A stretch of DNA of 64,000 nt from Dipteris shenzhenensis (Eukaryota), in assembly GCA_047967505.1 (NCBI GenBank), contig CM106538.1; one strand, 5' to 3'. The position numbers and the translations under genes were made by a program. Under the pieces are notes generated by a model. That model did no database searches. It saw only the letters and a list, made by a program, of their open reading frames with translations, and had not been told where the DNA came from. Of the stretch, positions 21,118 to 34,364 are shown piece after piece. Positions within the stretch are counted from its first letter, which is position 1, and every line of letters begins with the position of its first letter.

Positions 21118-22139
21118 GGTTCTTCCTTTCCCTTTGACCGAGGTGGTACTGAATGACTCAGGGTGTATGCTCAGATCACACATAGGATTGAGGATGAGGA
21201 GAGAAATACATCTCAGCCCAATGTTGGTAATCAGCATCAGATTTCTAGAGTTGCATCCGCTGAGCACCACATCGCGATGCCATTCTGTGCATGGAATGAT
21301 GCTGAGGGTAATACTCCAATGGATGAGGAGGGGCAGTATTGGGATGCCCAGTCAGAGCTCTATTCAATATCCCTTGATGCATTGAATGATGCTAAAGGTG
21401 CAGGGACACTCAGGTTGATAGGTGACATTGATGGTAGGATTGTTCATATGTTATTGAACAAGAGTAGCAGCCACTCAGGTTGAGAGGTGACATTGTGGTA
21501 GGATTGTTCATATGTTATTGAATAGCAGGAGTAGCCACAGTTTTCATTGTCGACGCTACGACCTGGCAGACAGTTAGGCTTGCAGCCACGGAGACCGACC
21601 ACGGGTTGAGAGTCCAGGTTGCCAATGGACAGCACATGATTAGCAGACTATGTTGTGAAATGATTGTGCTTTTGCAGGAGATCTCTTTGCCTTGGACATG
21701 GGTCCCAATGGCATTGTTCTGGGATGTGATTGGATGAAATCATTGGGGGAGTTTAGTATCAATCTGAATGCCTTCTGTCTCCACTTTGTATGCAAAGGGG
21801 AAACAGTGTGTGAAGGCCCCGAAACGCAGCTGATCTCAACAAGGCAGCCGGCCTCTGAACTCAAGAAAGAGAGCGTCTTTTATGCACTGCATGTGACAGA
21901 GGCATAGATAGGGAGGGTCCAATTGGTGGAGGATGCTCATGTGCAGCTCTCAGAATTTGCTGGTACGACACTTAGATACTTTCTTATGCAGTCCCAATTC
22001 ATTACCCAAACAAAAGATATGGTTGGCTTCAGTGCAGTACATGACTTTGACATTTAATAAAGAAAATGTGGTTGCAGATGCCTTGTCCAGAATTTTTGCT
22101 TGCACATTGTCTACTGTCTCCACAATCTACCAGAGTATA

Positions 22140-22278
22140 TACATTTTACCAAAAAAAGTGTGTACATGTATATACATATATTGTACATGTATACACGTAT
22201 ATATACATATAATGCATATGTATGTGCATGCGCGTGTACGTGTGTGCACACACCAGTGCACACACACACGCGCACACA
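22140..22278. repeat. Alternating purine-pyrimidine low-complexity tract (TA/TG/CA)
   Basis: Direct reading; similar tracts at ~27490-27620, 40975-41102 and 63300-63670. Confidence 0.85.
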
Positions 22279-23372
22279 AATTAGAATCCCTTAGGATACC
22301 TTCAATTACTACGTGTAGGTAGCTAATGTCCAAATGACATTTAATAGTATGTCAGCATAGTGGGCTTGACCATCAGCTAGATAATGATCATCTTACTCCC
22401 CTAGATACCCTCCTAACACACGTTTCCTTAGAAGGTTGGCTCTAGATGTTAATTACCATTTTCATCCTTGACATCATTAACCACTAGGTCCACTAAAGGG
22501 ACTATGGTAATATGGCTGTTCCTTTAGGATTATCACGTTTCTTACATATAAGGATCCTATGCTGAATAAAAGACCTTGCATTCTTTGGACCATTCACTTA
22601 ATTATACCCTTCAAAGTACATGGTCCTACTCCTAGCACTTATGAGGAAATCAAATATGGTAGCATAGAGCCAAAAAAGCCCTGAATCCCCTATCTTTCAC
22701 TTAAGGACATCTCCTACTATATTTCTCTCGCGGGCCTTCAGTGCCTCCACTTCCTTGTCGTGTGAGCTCAATGGCTCTCGTGCTTCTTTCTCGCCTTTCT
22801 TTTCCCACTTTGCTCCTCCTAGCTTCCACTTTCCCCCCCTTTTCCTCTCCCCTTACACCTCTTGATTCTCACTTAATGAGCTCGATCCTACGAACCTTCA
22901 CTTCCTGCAACCCTTTATTTCCTCTTGGCCCTTACCTGAGCTAAGGCGTTTCAGACATAAACATGGAGTCGTCTCTCATGGTAGCCAATCCTGTAGGCTC
23001 ACGGAAGCGAAAGGATGCAAAGAGAAGAGCAAGGAGTGAAAGCCATCACATCAACTATAAAAGAAATGAAAGTACAAAGTACAATAAAAGGGAACCCTAA
23101 GACAGTGTGTCCTAGTGGTAGCACTAGTACTAGGTGTCATAAGACACTAAAAGTACTAGGTGACCTAAGTGCCAATAACTAAAGCTACATGGCACATACC
23201 AGGGCCTAGAGGGCATCAATACGATCGGGAGAAGATGGCCTGCAAACCCCCTTCCATGGTATGGGCTAAAGTATTCTGGAAACGTCTCAAAATACCTAGT
23301 ATTTTTTGGTCATGGTGGCACATGTTCATCTCAAGGGATATAGCCACCTATGAATGTACAGGGTATGTCAGA

Positions 23373-25335
23373 TCATGTAACAAAGGGAACCAAGTGTAAA
23401 TCCTGTCGAAAGACTTCAAACTTGGGACGAGGAAGTGCCTTTGTAAACATATCTGCTATGTTGTCTTCTGTGGGAACGTAGGACAACTCTATGTCTCCTG
23501 CTGACAACCGCTCTCGAACATAATGATAGTGAACCTCAATGTGCTTGGTACACGCATGAAACACTGGATTACACGCAATAGCCAAAGCACTCTGGTTGTC
23601 AGTGTAGACCATAGTGGAGGATGTCTGGCGTATACCAAGATTTGTAACTGTCGAAGCTAGACACACTCTACTGTAGTGGTGAAGGCTGCCCTGTACTCAG
23701 CCTCACAGCTGGATTTGGCAAGTGTTGGCTGCTTCTTGTTGAGCCAAGAGATACATGAACTGCCAAGCAAAAAACAGTTGCTAGTATGTGACACTCTAGT
23801 GTCAGAACAATCTGCCCAGTCACTATCCGTGTAAACACGCATGGTGGTAAGTGAACCCTGATCACCATAGAATAGGGTTAACTCCTGAGTGCCTTTGAGA
23901 TATTTGAAGACTCTCTTCACTACCTGCCAATGCTGTGAACTGGGCATGTGCAGTAACCTGCTGAGCTGGGATACCGCATACTGTAAGTCAGGTCTGGTGT
24001 GGCACAAGTAAATGAGACATCCAACAGCCTACTGGTGAAGGGTGATATCACATGGTGGGCTCCCATCATGAGCTGAAAATTTGAAGCCAGGGTCCACTGG
24101 AGTAGAGATTGGCTTGCAATCGTCAAACTGAAAACGATCAAGGAGCTGTCCAATATACTTGGACTGTGTCATCATAATACCCCCTCAACATGAGCAAACT
24201 GAATGCCCAAATAATAGTGCAGCTGTCCCATGTATGACATTTCAAAAGCTTGCTGCAAATCAGCCTTGAAAGCTGCAATATGCTGAGTATCAGGGGCAGT
24301 GATCAGCATGTCATCCACATATAAAATCAGTACTAAAAAATCAGATCCACTCCCACGGACAAAGAGTGGGCTCTGTTGGGCTATTTTGAAAACCAAGGGA
24401 CAGTAAGTGTGCATGAATTTTAGCATACCATGCCCTGGGTGCCTGCTTCAAACCATAAAGGGCTTATCTCAGCCGGCATACCTTGTTTTCAGAGCCAACA
24501 ACCTCAAAGCCAAGAGGTTGTGTCACATAAACTTCTTCTTGCAGATCCCCATGAAGAAAGGCAGTCTTGATGTCAAGCTGGTGCACTTGCCAATGGTGAT
24601 GGGCTGCAATGGCAATGACACATCTAATAGTAGTAATCTTGGAAGTGGGAGAAAAGGTCTCCTTAAAGTCAATGCCTTGTTGTTGGGCATATCCTTTTGC
24701 AACAAGACGGGCTTTGTGTCGATCTATGCTGCCATCAGATTTCCTTTTTAATTTGTAGACCCACCGGGTACCAATGGCGTGCTTGCCAGTAGGTAGATCT
24801 ACTAATTCCCATGTGTCATTTTTGGCAATAGATTTTAGCTCAGCTCTCATTGCATCCATCCACTCTTTGCTGTCAAAAGCATCTTTATGGCATAAAGGCT
24901 CTTCATTGCAAGCTGTAGCAAGGAGTGCAAAATCAAGAAAGTGACCATGCATCTGTCTATTCCATGATCTTGTCCGGGTAGCAAGAGGTTGATCTTGTTT
25001 GCTGTCCCTCAATGTGTCAACTAAGCCATCTGAGAACTTGCCTTTGCTGTCTATTGACAGCTCTTTCTTCAATCACTGCGTCATGAATATTGGGATCATT
25101 TTGTGCTGGAGGAGGAACCTACAAATCAGCATGTGTTGCTGGCTGATCATTGCTTGTTGGAGGGCCTGTAGGAGGCTCATGTTGCTGGTCAAAATCCCCT
25201 CCGAGGGAAGAAGAGGTAACCAGGAGTCAAAAGGCATCAAACATGTCAACTTTTGGCTTTGCTTTGCAGTCCACAAGAGGAGAAGCTAAATGTTCAGCAA
25301 AGATTACATCTCTACTGACAATAATCTTCCCAGTG
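23373..25335 (-). mobile_element. Ty1/Copia pol fragment (integrase C-end, RT, RNase H), several frameshifts, no LTRs
   Basis: GKIIVSRDVIF; NDTWELVDLP...HKARLVAKGY; HQLDIKTAFLHG; LYVDDMLI; YTDSDWA; DNQSA...TKHIEVHYHYVRE...ADMFTKAL. Confidence 0.95.
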
Positions 25336-28011
25336 AAAGTACTAGGTGACCTAAGTGCCAATAACTAAAGCTACATGGCACATACAAGGGCCCAGAGGGC
25401 ATCAATACGACCGAGGGAAGATGGCCTACAAATCCCTCCTCGGATAGCCAAGTGAAGATGCTCATCAGGCTAGACTTGCAGCAAGCAAAGATCATCCACT
25501 TTCTTTCTCCTTAGCGTATAAAATGGATCACCATTTGTAATATATGGTACCTGCATATGGCATAAAACTAAGTGTGCCCAGCTTTCAACCCTTCTTCCTT
25601 TAAAGGTGTCATTACTCTTTCAGACTCTCGATGATACCTTGCATCATTGTTGCTTTATTGGATCATATGTGGTTATTAAACTATTAGAAGGCCTCTCAAC
25701 CTCTTGTTGTGGCATCCTACGTGACCATTCAGTGGTATCTGAGTTGTTTATGGCGAATTGCTTATATCCAAATTAGACTGGTCTTATGAATTCTTTCAAG
25801 AGCCAAACATTGAGTGTACTGCAACAACTTGTGCAAACCTCTCGTTCCGAGTGACCAAGGATATTTGCCTTAGGAGTTTTGTCGGTCAGTTCTAGGGTAA
25901 AACTAAAGGATGTCCTTCCCCTTGAAAGATTGATATAACTCGGCCATAGCCTCCTTGATGCCACTTCCACATTTGAGCAAAGTCCTTGCATTTTGTATGA
26001 TTTGAGTAAGCCAAGAATTGTCTATTTGGGCTCTTTGACTCCTTTAAAGTTGGAAACCAAGTGACTGTTTATCGGAGCTCTTTGAGCATATACCTCTTGC
26101 TTCATCATGGTTTTCAAAGTGGTATTCAAAGCCCACTTGCTAGGACCAGTTTGATTGTGTTGCCCTTCTCCTTTGGGGTCCCTACGTATGGTTTGGGATA
26201 CTATCCAATAGGACGTAGTGTCTCTGCATCCCTGCTTCATGTCCTCACTTTGAATTAGTTGTCGTGCTCTCGGACTCTTAAGTATCAGACGATGCGAATC
26301 TCGTGGTTGGCGTCAATCGTCTTATACACTCTAGTTGACCTCATTGTTGCTTTATTTAGTCATGTGTAGTGATTAAATTGTCGAAATGTTTAGTTTTCTT
26401 CGATCCTAATTCTCGAACGCACTCGTAGCAATTCGACTCAAGAAAGCTAGGATCACGTTTGATCCCTAGATTCCAATGGTTGAACCTCATTAGCTCGGGT
26501 GGATATAGCCCCTCTTTGATCAAGATGTTCTAAAAGTCGTTGCCCTTACTTACGTTATCTTTTTAGTGTTGCGTGCATCACGATGACTTACAACTTACAA
26601 CGTCTTTCAAAAGCCTCTGCTAGTCCTTTTTCCATTTGACTGTTTGCGCGCATAGTCGGTGCTTTGGCACTAAATTCACAACTATTGCTTGCCATTAAGT
26701 AATTGTCGTGTATTGCAGGGAGTCCTATCTACTAATATGGATGAAGATGTCCATGACCAGTATACGTGATGCAAGCGAGTCCAAGCTCTGATAGTTCTTT
26801 TAGGATGAAAGGTCTTTTTAATGTCTCAATTAATTGGTTGGGGTGATGTTGTGACCTCAACTAATTCTCCATGCAAATTTCTTTAAAGTTAATCTCTTTA
26901 ACGTTAATTTTCTTAATGCCTAGAACCTATGGTTGTTACATATATTAAAACAATCTTTTACATGCGGTCTCGTACACTAAAAGCTATTCATGTTTTCCCC
27001 TTCTCTACCTAAAAGATGGTATCTCTAATGAGGTGATATCAAAATATTGTAATATCCTCAAATAAGCTAATCCCTTGTGAGAGGCCCTACTTTGCTCCTT
27101 TCTGTCCTTGGCAAAAAGTTTCTTTTCAAATTTATAATATTGCTAGATTTCTTGGTTGACTGCCAGTGTGTATTTCTGATTGCAATAATAGGCAATTGAG
27201 GTCTCTGACTCCTACAGTCCCAAGCTAGAAGTTGTCTTTGTTCTAACACCACCTTCTCTTGGATGCAGGCATCAGTCCCCAACATTGGAATATGCTTTGA
27301 TGTAGCAGCCAATGAGATGGTCTTTCATTGCTCTCCTTTCTCGCCATCACCCCAAATTAGGGGTTGTAATTTTTGAAGGAATTTTTACCTTATTGTATTT
27401 CTAATGTTTCACAAGTGTGATATCAAGAACTACAAGAATTTTTTTCACTCACGATATCAAGCCTAGAAGGGAGAAGTCTTATAGCCCTATCACGCGCGTG
27501 TACACACAAAATGTATGTATGCATGCAAGCACGCTTGTGTGTGCGCGTGCATGCGTGCACGACTTCACAAAAAAAGAAGTGTGTATGGATGCATGCATAT
27601 ATATCTATATAAGACAACATATGCAAAAGTTTGAGAAGCTATTCAATTTTTCTGGCATGAAGACCTTGGGATCCGATTTTTGGGAGTCATCGCCCCTATA
27701 GACTTCTCCTTTAGTGCTAATCTTTTTCACAGCTGAGTTTGCCCTTCACCTCTGGAGTGTCGACATAAACTCAGTACGCAAACCTTTGTATAAATGTATG
27801 TTCAGAGTATGTTGGTGTGTCGATTTGTATGTGAGAACATATGTTTCTACTATGGTCTAAATCCACTGTTGGGCATCGATGGTGTCAGTGGGTGATGTCA
27901 TAGTAGCTAGCCCCTCCTATGTGATGGAGTTTATGGTTTTCAATCTTATGAGTGACTATCATGAGATTGAAGCTGCACTATGTGTTGTGTCTTTAGAGGA
28001 TGAGTTTGAAC

Positions 28012-28048
<37 letters not shown>

Positions 28049-28049
<1 letters not shown>

Positions 28050-30829
28050 GAGGACTCAAAGCAACGGGACAGGTCGGTTTCAAGCGAGATCATGGGACCA
28101 TGGATCATATTCTCGTGCTCAGATGTATCATCAAGGAGGCGAGGACACGGAAGCAGAGGGTTTATTGTTTCTTTGTGGATTTTTGTAAGGCATTTGACAA
28201 CATTTCGAGAGCCCGTCCCATATTATGCCTACAGGATTTGGGTTACGACCAGGACATCATTTGCGCTGTCATGGCACTTTATGAGCGAGTTTTAAGTAGA
28301 GTCCGGATTGGATCTGGATGGATCGACAAGATCATGAGCATTATCGGGGTCAAACAAGAGGCCTGCTCATTATCACCTACCTTGTTTGACCTCTACATCG
28401 ACGAGCTCGAGATAGTGATGCAAGCACAGGGTGAGGTAGGTTTCTCTCTTGCGGACACGTTGATTCGGATATTACTTTACGCAGATGACGTGGCTCTCTT
28501 GTCCTCCTCAGCAGAGGGGCTCTAGAGACACCTTGACGCTCTACAGTCCTTTTGCGAGTCTCATGATTTGAAGATCAACTTGGGTAAAATCAAGGCTATG
28601 ATCTCCTATACATCTCGAGCCGTCATGCACGATGAGCATTTCACAATTGATGGATCCCTTGTTGAGGTAGTTTCATCATACACTTATCTTGGGATCGTCT
28701 TTTTCGGACCCATCTTCACCATGAGACCCGCGATGCGTGCACACTTGAGCAAAGGATATGCTTCATTGGCTAGGTTAGAGAGACAATGCTTCTGCTCACT
28801 TTCAAGATCCACGGACCAAAGGGTTGCTTTTTGAGTCCTTGGTCCGCCCAGTAGAGATGTATGGCAATCCATGTTGGGGGTTAGACTTGTTGGATACGGA
28901 GTGGGTCAGGATGGATCACCTACAGGTTCTCATGTTATCACGGATGATCCGTGGTAAGCCATCCGTCCCTCACTAGATCATTCGGGTGGAGTTTGAGTCA
29001 CCCTCATTACAGCTAGATGCTACATTTTCAGTCGTTACGTATCTGTATCGAGTCAAGGAGTATGGGGATTACACATTCGGACGTAGCATGATACCATGAC
29101 TAGCATTGTCCTTTTCTATTGCACTTGCAGCAAGGGAGGACCAGAGGTGCTGGTATGTACACATAGAAAGATGGTTTGCAGGACTAGGACTCCACATGGA
29201 TAGACTACCTTCTTTCTAGTACAGCATGGATGTTCCTTTCTCTCCCCTCCTATCACTAGGTCAACCAGGTTATCCATGAGAATCTACTATAGCTACATAT
29301 TCCGGATTTGGTTAGACCCGAGTGATCTTCTAGTGAAGCTGGGCTTCTACGAAGATTACTCCTTACATATCACAGCGGAGGGTTTCATTGATCCACTAGG
29401 ATACACACAGATTCACCTACCCCACTCACTGAGGATCTCTCTTGGGCAGTTCTGGGTCTCTTCACATAGACTTCATATCGAGAGCGACAGAGCAAAGCGG
29501 TTACCCAGGGAGAGGCGCATATACACAGTGTGTGACATGCAGGAGGTTGAGACAGAGGAGCATTTCATCTTCATGTGTCATGTTTACTATGAGATTCGAG
29601 GGCGTTTCTACCGCCTCTTCAGAGATAGTTATGGAATTTTGGCTCATTTCCTCTTCTACCTAGATCAACGATGTTTGGCTGGTTTCATTCATGAGGTGCT
29701 TAGACACCGCGATAGGATACTCCGAGAAAAAAGATAGGAGCGGACTTCTTCCTTGAATTGCATTTTTTGGGGGCTCGAATCAAGCCTATATTTTTGTTAC
29801 TCCATTTTGAATCATGTACAAAAGCATTGAGCTAATATCATCACTTTTGGCTACTTTTGAGTAATTTTGTCATGATTTACCTAAATTATTCTTCAATAAA
29901 TCAGTCTTCCTTTGGAAAAATCAATTATATCGTTACGAAAACAATGTTCTTTTGTCAGTGTCATTTAATAGTCTCTACCTACCAACATAAACACTTATGG
30001 CTATTTTTGGATCTTTCAATTATCAGTTAACTACATTGAACTTTAAAACACTACAAAATAAATTAGTGTTTGTTTCTCATTTGACAATTAAATAAAAACT
30101 GCAAAAAAAAAAAAAAAACCAGCACAGTTCGCAGTGCTTACGATTACGCCTCACTGTTTGCCTACCGCAGATCTAGTTTGGCTATGGGCTATTGTTGCCA
30201 AAGATCACAATAGTCACCTTTAGGAAGGGGGATACTTTGATAGCCATTGTATGCATTGGAGGCTATACAATGGTAACATTGGCACGAAGGACTCTATCAC
30301 GGAGTTCTTTCAGTGAGATCAGATAGACCCCCATGAGGCGAGGCCTCCACATGATCGTGACCCGGAGCTTGTGATCTGACAGCTCAGATAGAGGGTTGAC
30401 TCACAGGTCATACTTGGAGACATCCTCTCCTTGTTTAGGGTCGGAGCCCGGACCGACGGGATCACAATGGCTCTGGTTAGATACAGAGCTACGATCAGGA
30501 GACGTACCAGGACTACACCCTTGGGGGGGCGACATCACTTTATTGTTGACCTCATGTCTCCACTTCCACAGCCTCATCTATCCTGATGTTCTGCTACTGA
30601 TGATGATGATGATGGTTATGATGATATTGACGATGATGGCGAGATTGATATATATAGTCGAGATATGACTACGTTGTACTTAAGAATTAGTATTGTCATT
30701 TTGCATCTTTTTGCATTCTGCATTGGTATGGATGCTCATTTAGTAGCTCCACTACCATAACTCATTGTATCAAGTTTTTCATAGTCTCATAGACCCATCG
30801 GTCTTCTGAAGACTTTAATAAACTTTCTT

Positions 30830-30830
<1 letters not shown>
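28049..30830 (+). mobile_element. 5'-truncated RTE/RTE-X-like LINE (RT, C-terminal Zn motif, 3' region)
   Basis: GQVGFKRDHGTMDHI...FVDFCKAFD...GVKQ..SLSPTLF...LLYADD...YTYLGI; C-terminal RLHIES...CDMQEVETEEHFIFMCHVY. AATAAA then (CT)n at ~30817-30870. The 3' extent beyond 29740 is inferred. Confidence 0.85.
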
Positions 30831-30832
<2 letters not shown>

Positions 30833-30885
<53 letters not shown>

Positions 30886-30894
30886 CACACACAC
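30833..30894. repeat. Compound (TC)n(AC)n microsatellite
   Basis: Direct reading; similar compound tracts at ~59184-59233, 63244-63284 and 63968-64000. Confidence 0.95.
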
Positions 30895-31099
30895 TTTTTG
30901 GGTGAAAATGTTGAATGCTTTATATTACAAGGTAGCTATCCCAAAATTGGGAAGGTGAAAAAGTATATCGAGAAAATCTCCATGTAGGACAAATATACAT
31001 CATAGTCTATGTAGTGAGTTTGCAGACATTACTTGGAGATGACTATGTCACTTGTTTAATGTATAGAAAGCTCCATTGAGGGTGCATGAGGCTAGAGGA

Positions 31100-32735
31100 T
31101 CCGACTTATCACTAACATATATTAGAAGGGTCAATGCGTTGCTTTCTCCATTTCTCGAAAGAAGTGAGGTGTTCTTGAGGGCAATGGTATTCATAGTTCG
31201 TTATAGCCATGTCGCTGAGATAAGCTAATGAAGCTAATATCAAGACAACAAGCCGATGATTGTACAATATCCCTTCAAAGGTCTTTTTTGCTTGCATGTT
31301 TGTTGATTTCAAATTGCAGAAGCGACCTACAAGTTGTTTGATAAAGGTTGAATCAAAACATTAAACTCTTCAATCGAGATGGGAAATGAGTCATAAGAGC
31401 GATTGCTACAAAGAACGACGAAAGAAAACAAAAGTAGAAAAAATAGGATCACCAAAGAATCAGTGGTTTCGTTCTTTCTAGAGAGTCCAGAGTGCCTAGT
31501 AGCGAAGCTAGGTAAAGAACAACTCAAAATTGGGTCGTTGAGGATATATCCCAAAAAGCCAAAAAAGCTTTCCGAACGAAGCTTGATGAAATCTCAGTCG
31601 TAATCTCTACTGAAGAATGCCCAAGGAGTCTCGTGTCTCGGGGCAGTGCAAAAAATAATGAGACACATACTCCCTCCGAGCCAAACCCGATGATAAATTG
31701 TCGGAGCAATACGTTTGCATGATAAAAGCTGTCCGGACGAAAAAACCCCCAACAAAACACGCCATAAAAAGACCTGTTGTCAAAGAGGGACCTTGGAGTG
31801 CTAAATCTGTTTCAATTTTTTACTCCACCATTGACCGGACGATGCAAACACCAAATCTGATTAGCCCTATCTGACGCCCAAGGTGGAGACATCAGAACTT
31901 TATATAAAGATGCCACTGTAATATGAGACAGGTTCAAAGGACGAATGGACGAGTGTGTTGGAAAAAGAGTCAAATCTTGAAGCTTGTCTTGAAGTTTTAA
32001 AGGCGGTACTGGCTGAAAAGGCTGAAGCATCCGAGTAATGGCCTGCCATACAGGACGATAATGCATTCCTAAACAATATTTTCCAGTAGTCAAAGGGAAG
32101 GATAGAATAGTGCCATCATCATGAATGACATCTGCAGAGTGTCATCATCATGAATGACATCTGCCACATAGGAGATCCCTTTTGAATTGGGAAAATATGA
32201 GGGTCTGGGCTCCTACAAAACCAATGGTGGAGAAAAAGCCCGGGACCAGTGGATGCTCTCAGCTCTCAAAGAGTTACCCTACAAAGAGTCACAGCCATGC
32301 TAAGCCAAATACGAGAAAATATGTTTCCAATCCAAAAACATTTGAGAAACAAGAGGGAAACCTTTGACCTTGCCTTCAATACTGCCCAATAGAAAATCCC
32401 ACTGAGTAGGTTGCCAATAACCAAAATCAGGAGTAGTAATTTGAAGAAGCAAGAAGCGCATCATAGCAGCCCAAGGGTGATCACCATGTAGGAACTGTAG
32501 CATCATTTTTCCCTTATGAGCTAGAATGTGTACGTGAATATTGATATTATTCAACCCCATGCAATTTTGGTGAACATAACGGTTGTACTGGAAGAAAGCG
32601 CAAGCTTTTCCTGCCATGCTTTGAACGCTAGAAAATTTCCACGATGGTGGACATAAAGGATGTAAGATCTCGTTTGGTAAAGCAGTCTGGTACACAGGTC
32701 CATCCTTGGCAACACCTAATGGCACCACCACCATT
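31100..32735 (-). mobile_element. Degenerate, possibly rearranged L1-type ORF2 remnants
   Basis: KMMLQFLHGDHPWAAMMRF...DWK resembles the post-RT L1 region; FPISIEEF resembles the pre-RT region; many stops. Confidence 0.5.
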
Positions 32736-33700
32736 ACCCAGCAATAACCTTGCCATCCTAGTCGAGTAAGTCCTTTGACCAACTATCGCCAGCTGATCCT
32801 GCACCACCTTCATCTTGGTGGTGTGTTCCTGTACCGATTTCCCTTCATCCGTCCTCAAGCCGTACATCTCTATCTCGAGGTCCAAGATTCTTGCCTCGTT
32901 ATTGAGCTCATACATATCCCTTAATATCATCCAGGCCTTGAGAGAGGAGTTTGCCATCGGAATATGAGGAAGGACCATATCCACCGTCATACCCACAATG
33001 ATAGCCTCCTGGATCTGCCACATGACCTCACTGAAAGACGGTCCGTTGGTGTCAGCACTGCTACCATCTTGTCAATGTGGTTGGGATAGTCATGGTGGCC
33101 TAAGGCAATAGCTCTATCCCCGCTTACAATCCCCCACACTAATCGATTCCAAACCTTCATCTTCCACATGAGTAGTTGGTCCTGTCAAGCTTGCCTGTCT
33201 TACCAAAATTTGGGATCTTATATCTATTAGCCATGATAACCAACTGAAAGAGGGAAAGAGTTCAGAGTGTCGTATGCCTGTTTGAACCGAAGCCTCCCAC
33301 CTAGGTACAATCCACTATCCTTCAAATTCTTGCTTGAACTTGAGCCTCCCGCCTGGGTACAATCTTTCAAACACCGAATCTAATTCCTTTGAGCAATGAA
33401 TCAAGGGCGTTCTTAAGCAAGAACCTTTCCTTCAAGCTCCACTTCTCAAGAACTTCCGTGAGGGCTCTGATACCATGTTAGAGAATGAAATCCCACCAAA
33501 GGGTATCCTGCAGAAGTGGAAGATTGATGGATGAGCCCAGGAATACACGTGGAAGTGTGTCACTATGGAATCAAGCTTCATTAACATGTGTGTACTTCAC
33601 AACCATTCATGTGTGTGCAAGCCAGAAAATAGACTATGCATCAAGACAAATATAGAAGCAACACATATATTTCGGTCTGTTGGACACAATACAATTTTCT
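32735..33700 (-). mobile_element. Ty1/Copia 5' fragment (LTR end, PBS, truncated gag)
   Basis: PBS GCTCTGATACCA at 33464-33475 next to TGTTAG; gag MANRYKIPNFGKTGKLDRTNY...KAWMILRDMYE...QDQLAIVG. Distal LTR boundary unresolved (may reach ~34680). Confidence 0.8.
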
Positions 33701-34332
33701 CCTACTATATGCTTGGCACCTCTAGATCTTTGAGCCCATGAGCTCCACTGAGCTTATGTAGACTCTTAGTCCAAAGGATCCCTTCCACTTTGTTGTCCTG
33801 AAAGCCGGTCTAGGTGGGCAACCCTTGCTAAGCTAAGTCTGCAGGTATCTAGCCCAGTTCACTCCTGGATAAGGCCGAACTGCTGTTGCTAGTGTTGCTC
33901 CTTCCTACTCTTCAAAAGCTCTTCCAATTGTTGAGTAAAGAAGCACCAAATGGCCCATCACAATATAGGGCTATTTGCCCTTGCCAAAAAGCGACAAGAA
34001 TAGACCCTGTAGTGGTCGACTGATCTAGTTGACTCAAACATGCCTCAAAATTGCAGCCTATAAAGCCCCCTTTGGGGGTAGACTTCTAGCCTTTAGCTGG
34101 CCCTACCTAGCCATGTGGCAGGTTGCCATTGGCCTAGGCAAGCCTGCCCATATCTAGCCTCATTCCCAAGCCTATGGGCCCCCCAAAAATTGATGCATCT
34201 GTTCACCCTGTTCCACACCCTCGAAAGCATCCAACCAGTCCATACTGAGGTTTCCCCACACATACTTGTCCTCTCTATCCATGGACAACCCTGTGGCACT
34301 CCTTCTGCCCACCATGGTAGTCCTGATCTACC

Positions 34333-34364
<32 letters not shown>

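Larger units (their letters stand above)
15500..22130 (+). mobile_element. Old Ty3/Gypsy internal remnant (gag, protease, RNase H end; RT deleted) hosting two gag-only elements
   Basis: MWEEFLRA and EKLLQFIQVLHPSL (gag-like), TLRLIGDIDGRIVHMLLNKSSSH and IVLGCDWMKSLG (protease), KENVVADALSR (RNase H end). Boundaries approximate. Confidence 0.7.

Noticed and set aside
25500-26900. Possible degenerate LTR pair (~45-bp similarity at ~25648 and ~26344)
   Set aside because: Too short and diverged; no termini, PBS or TSD identified.
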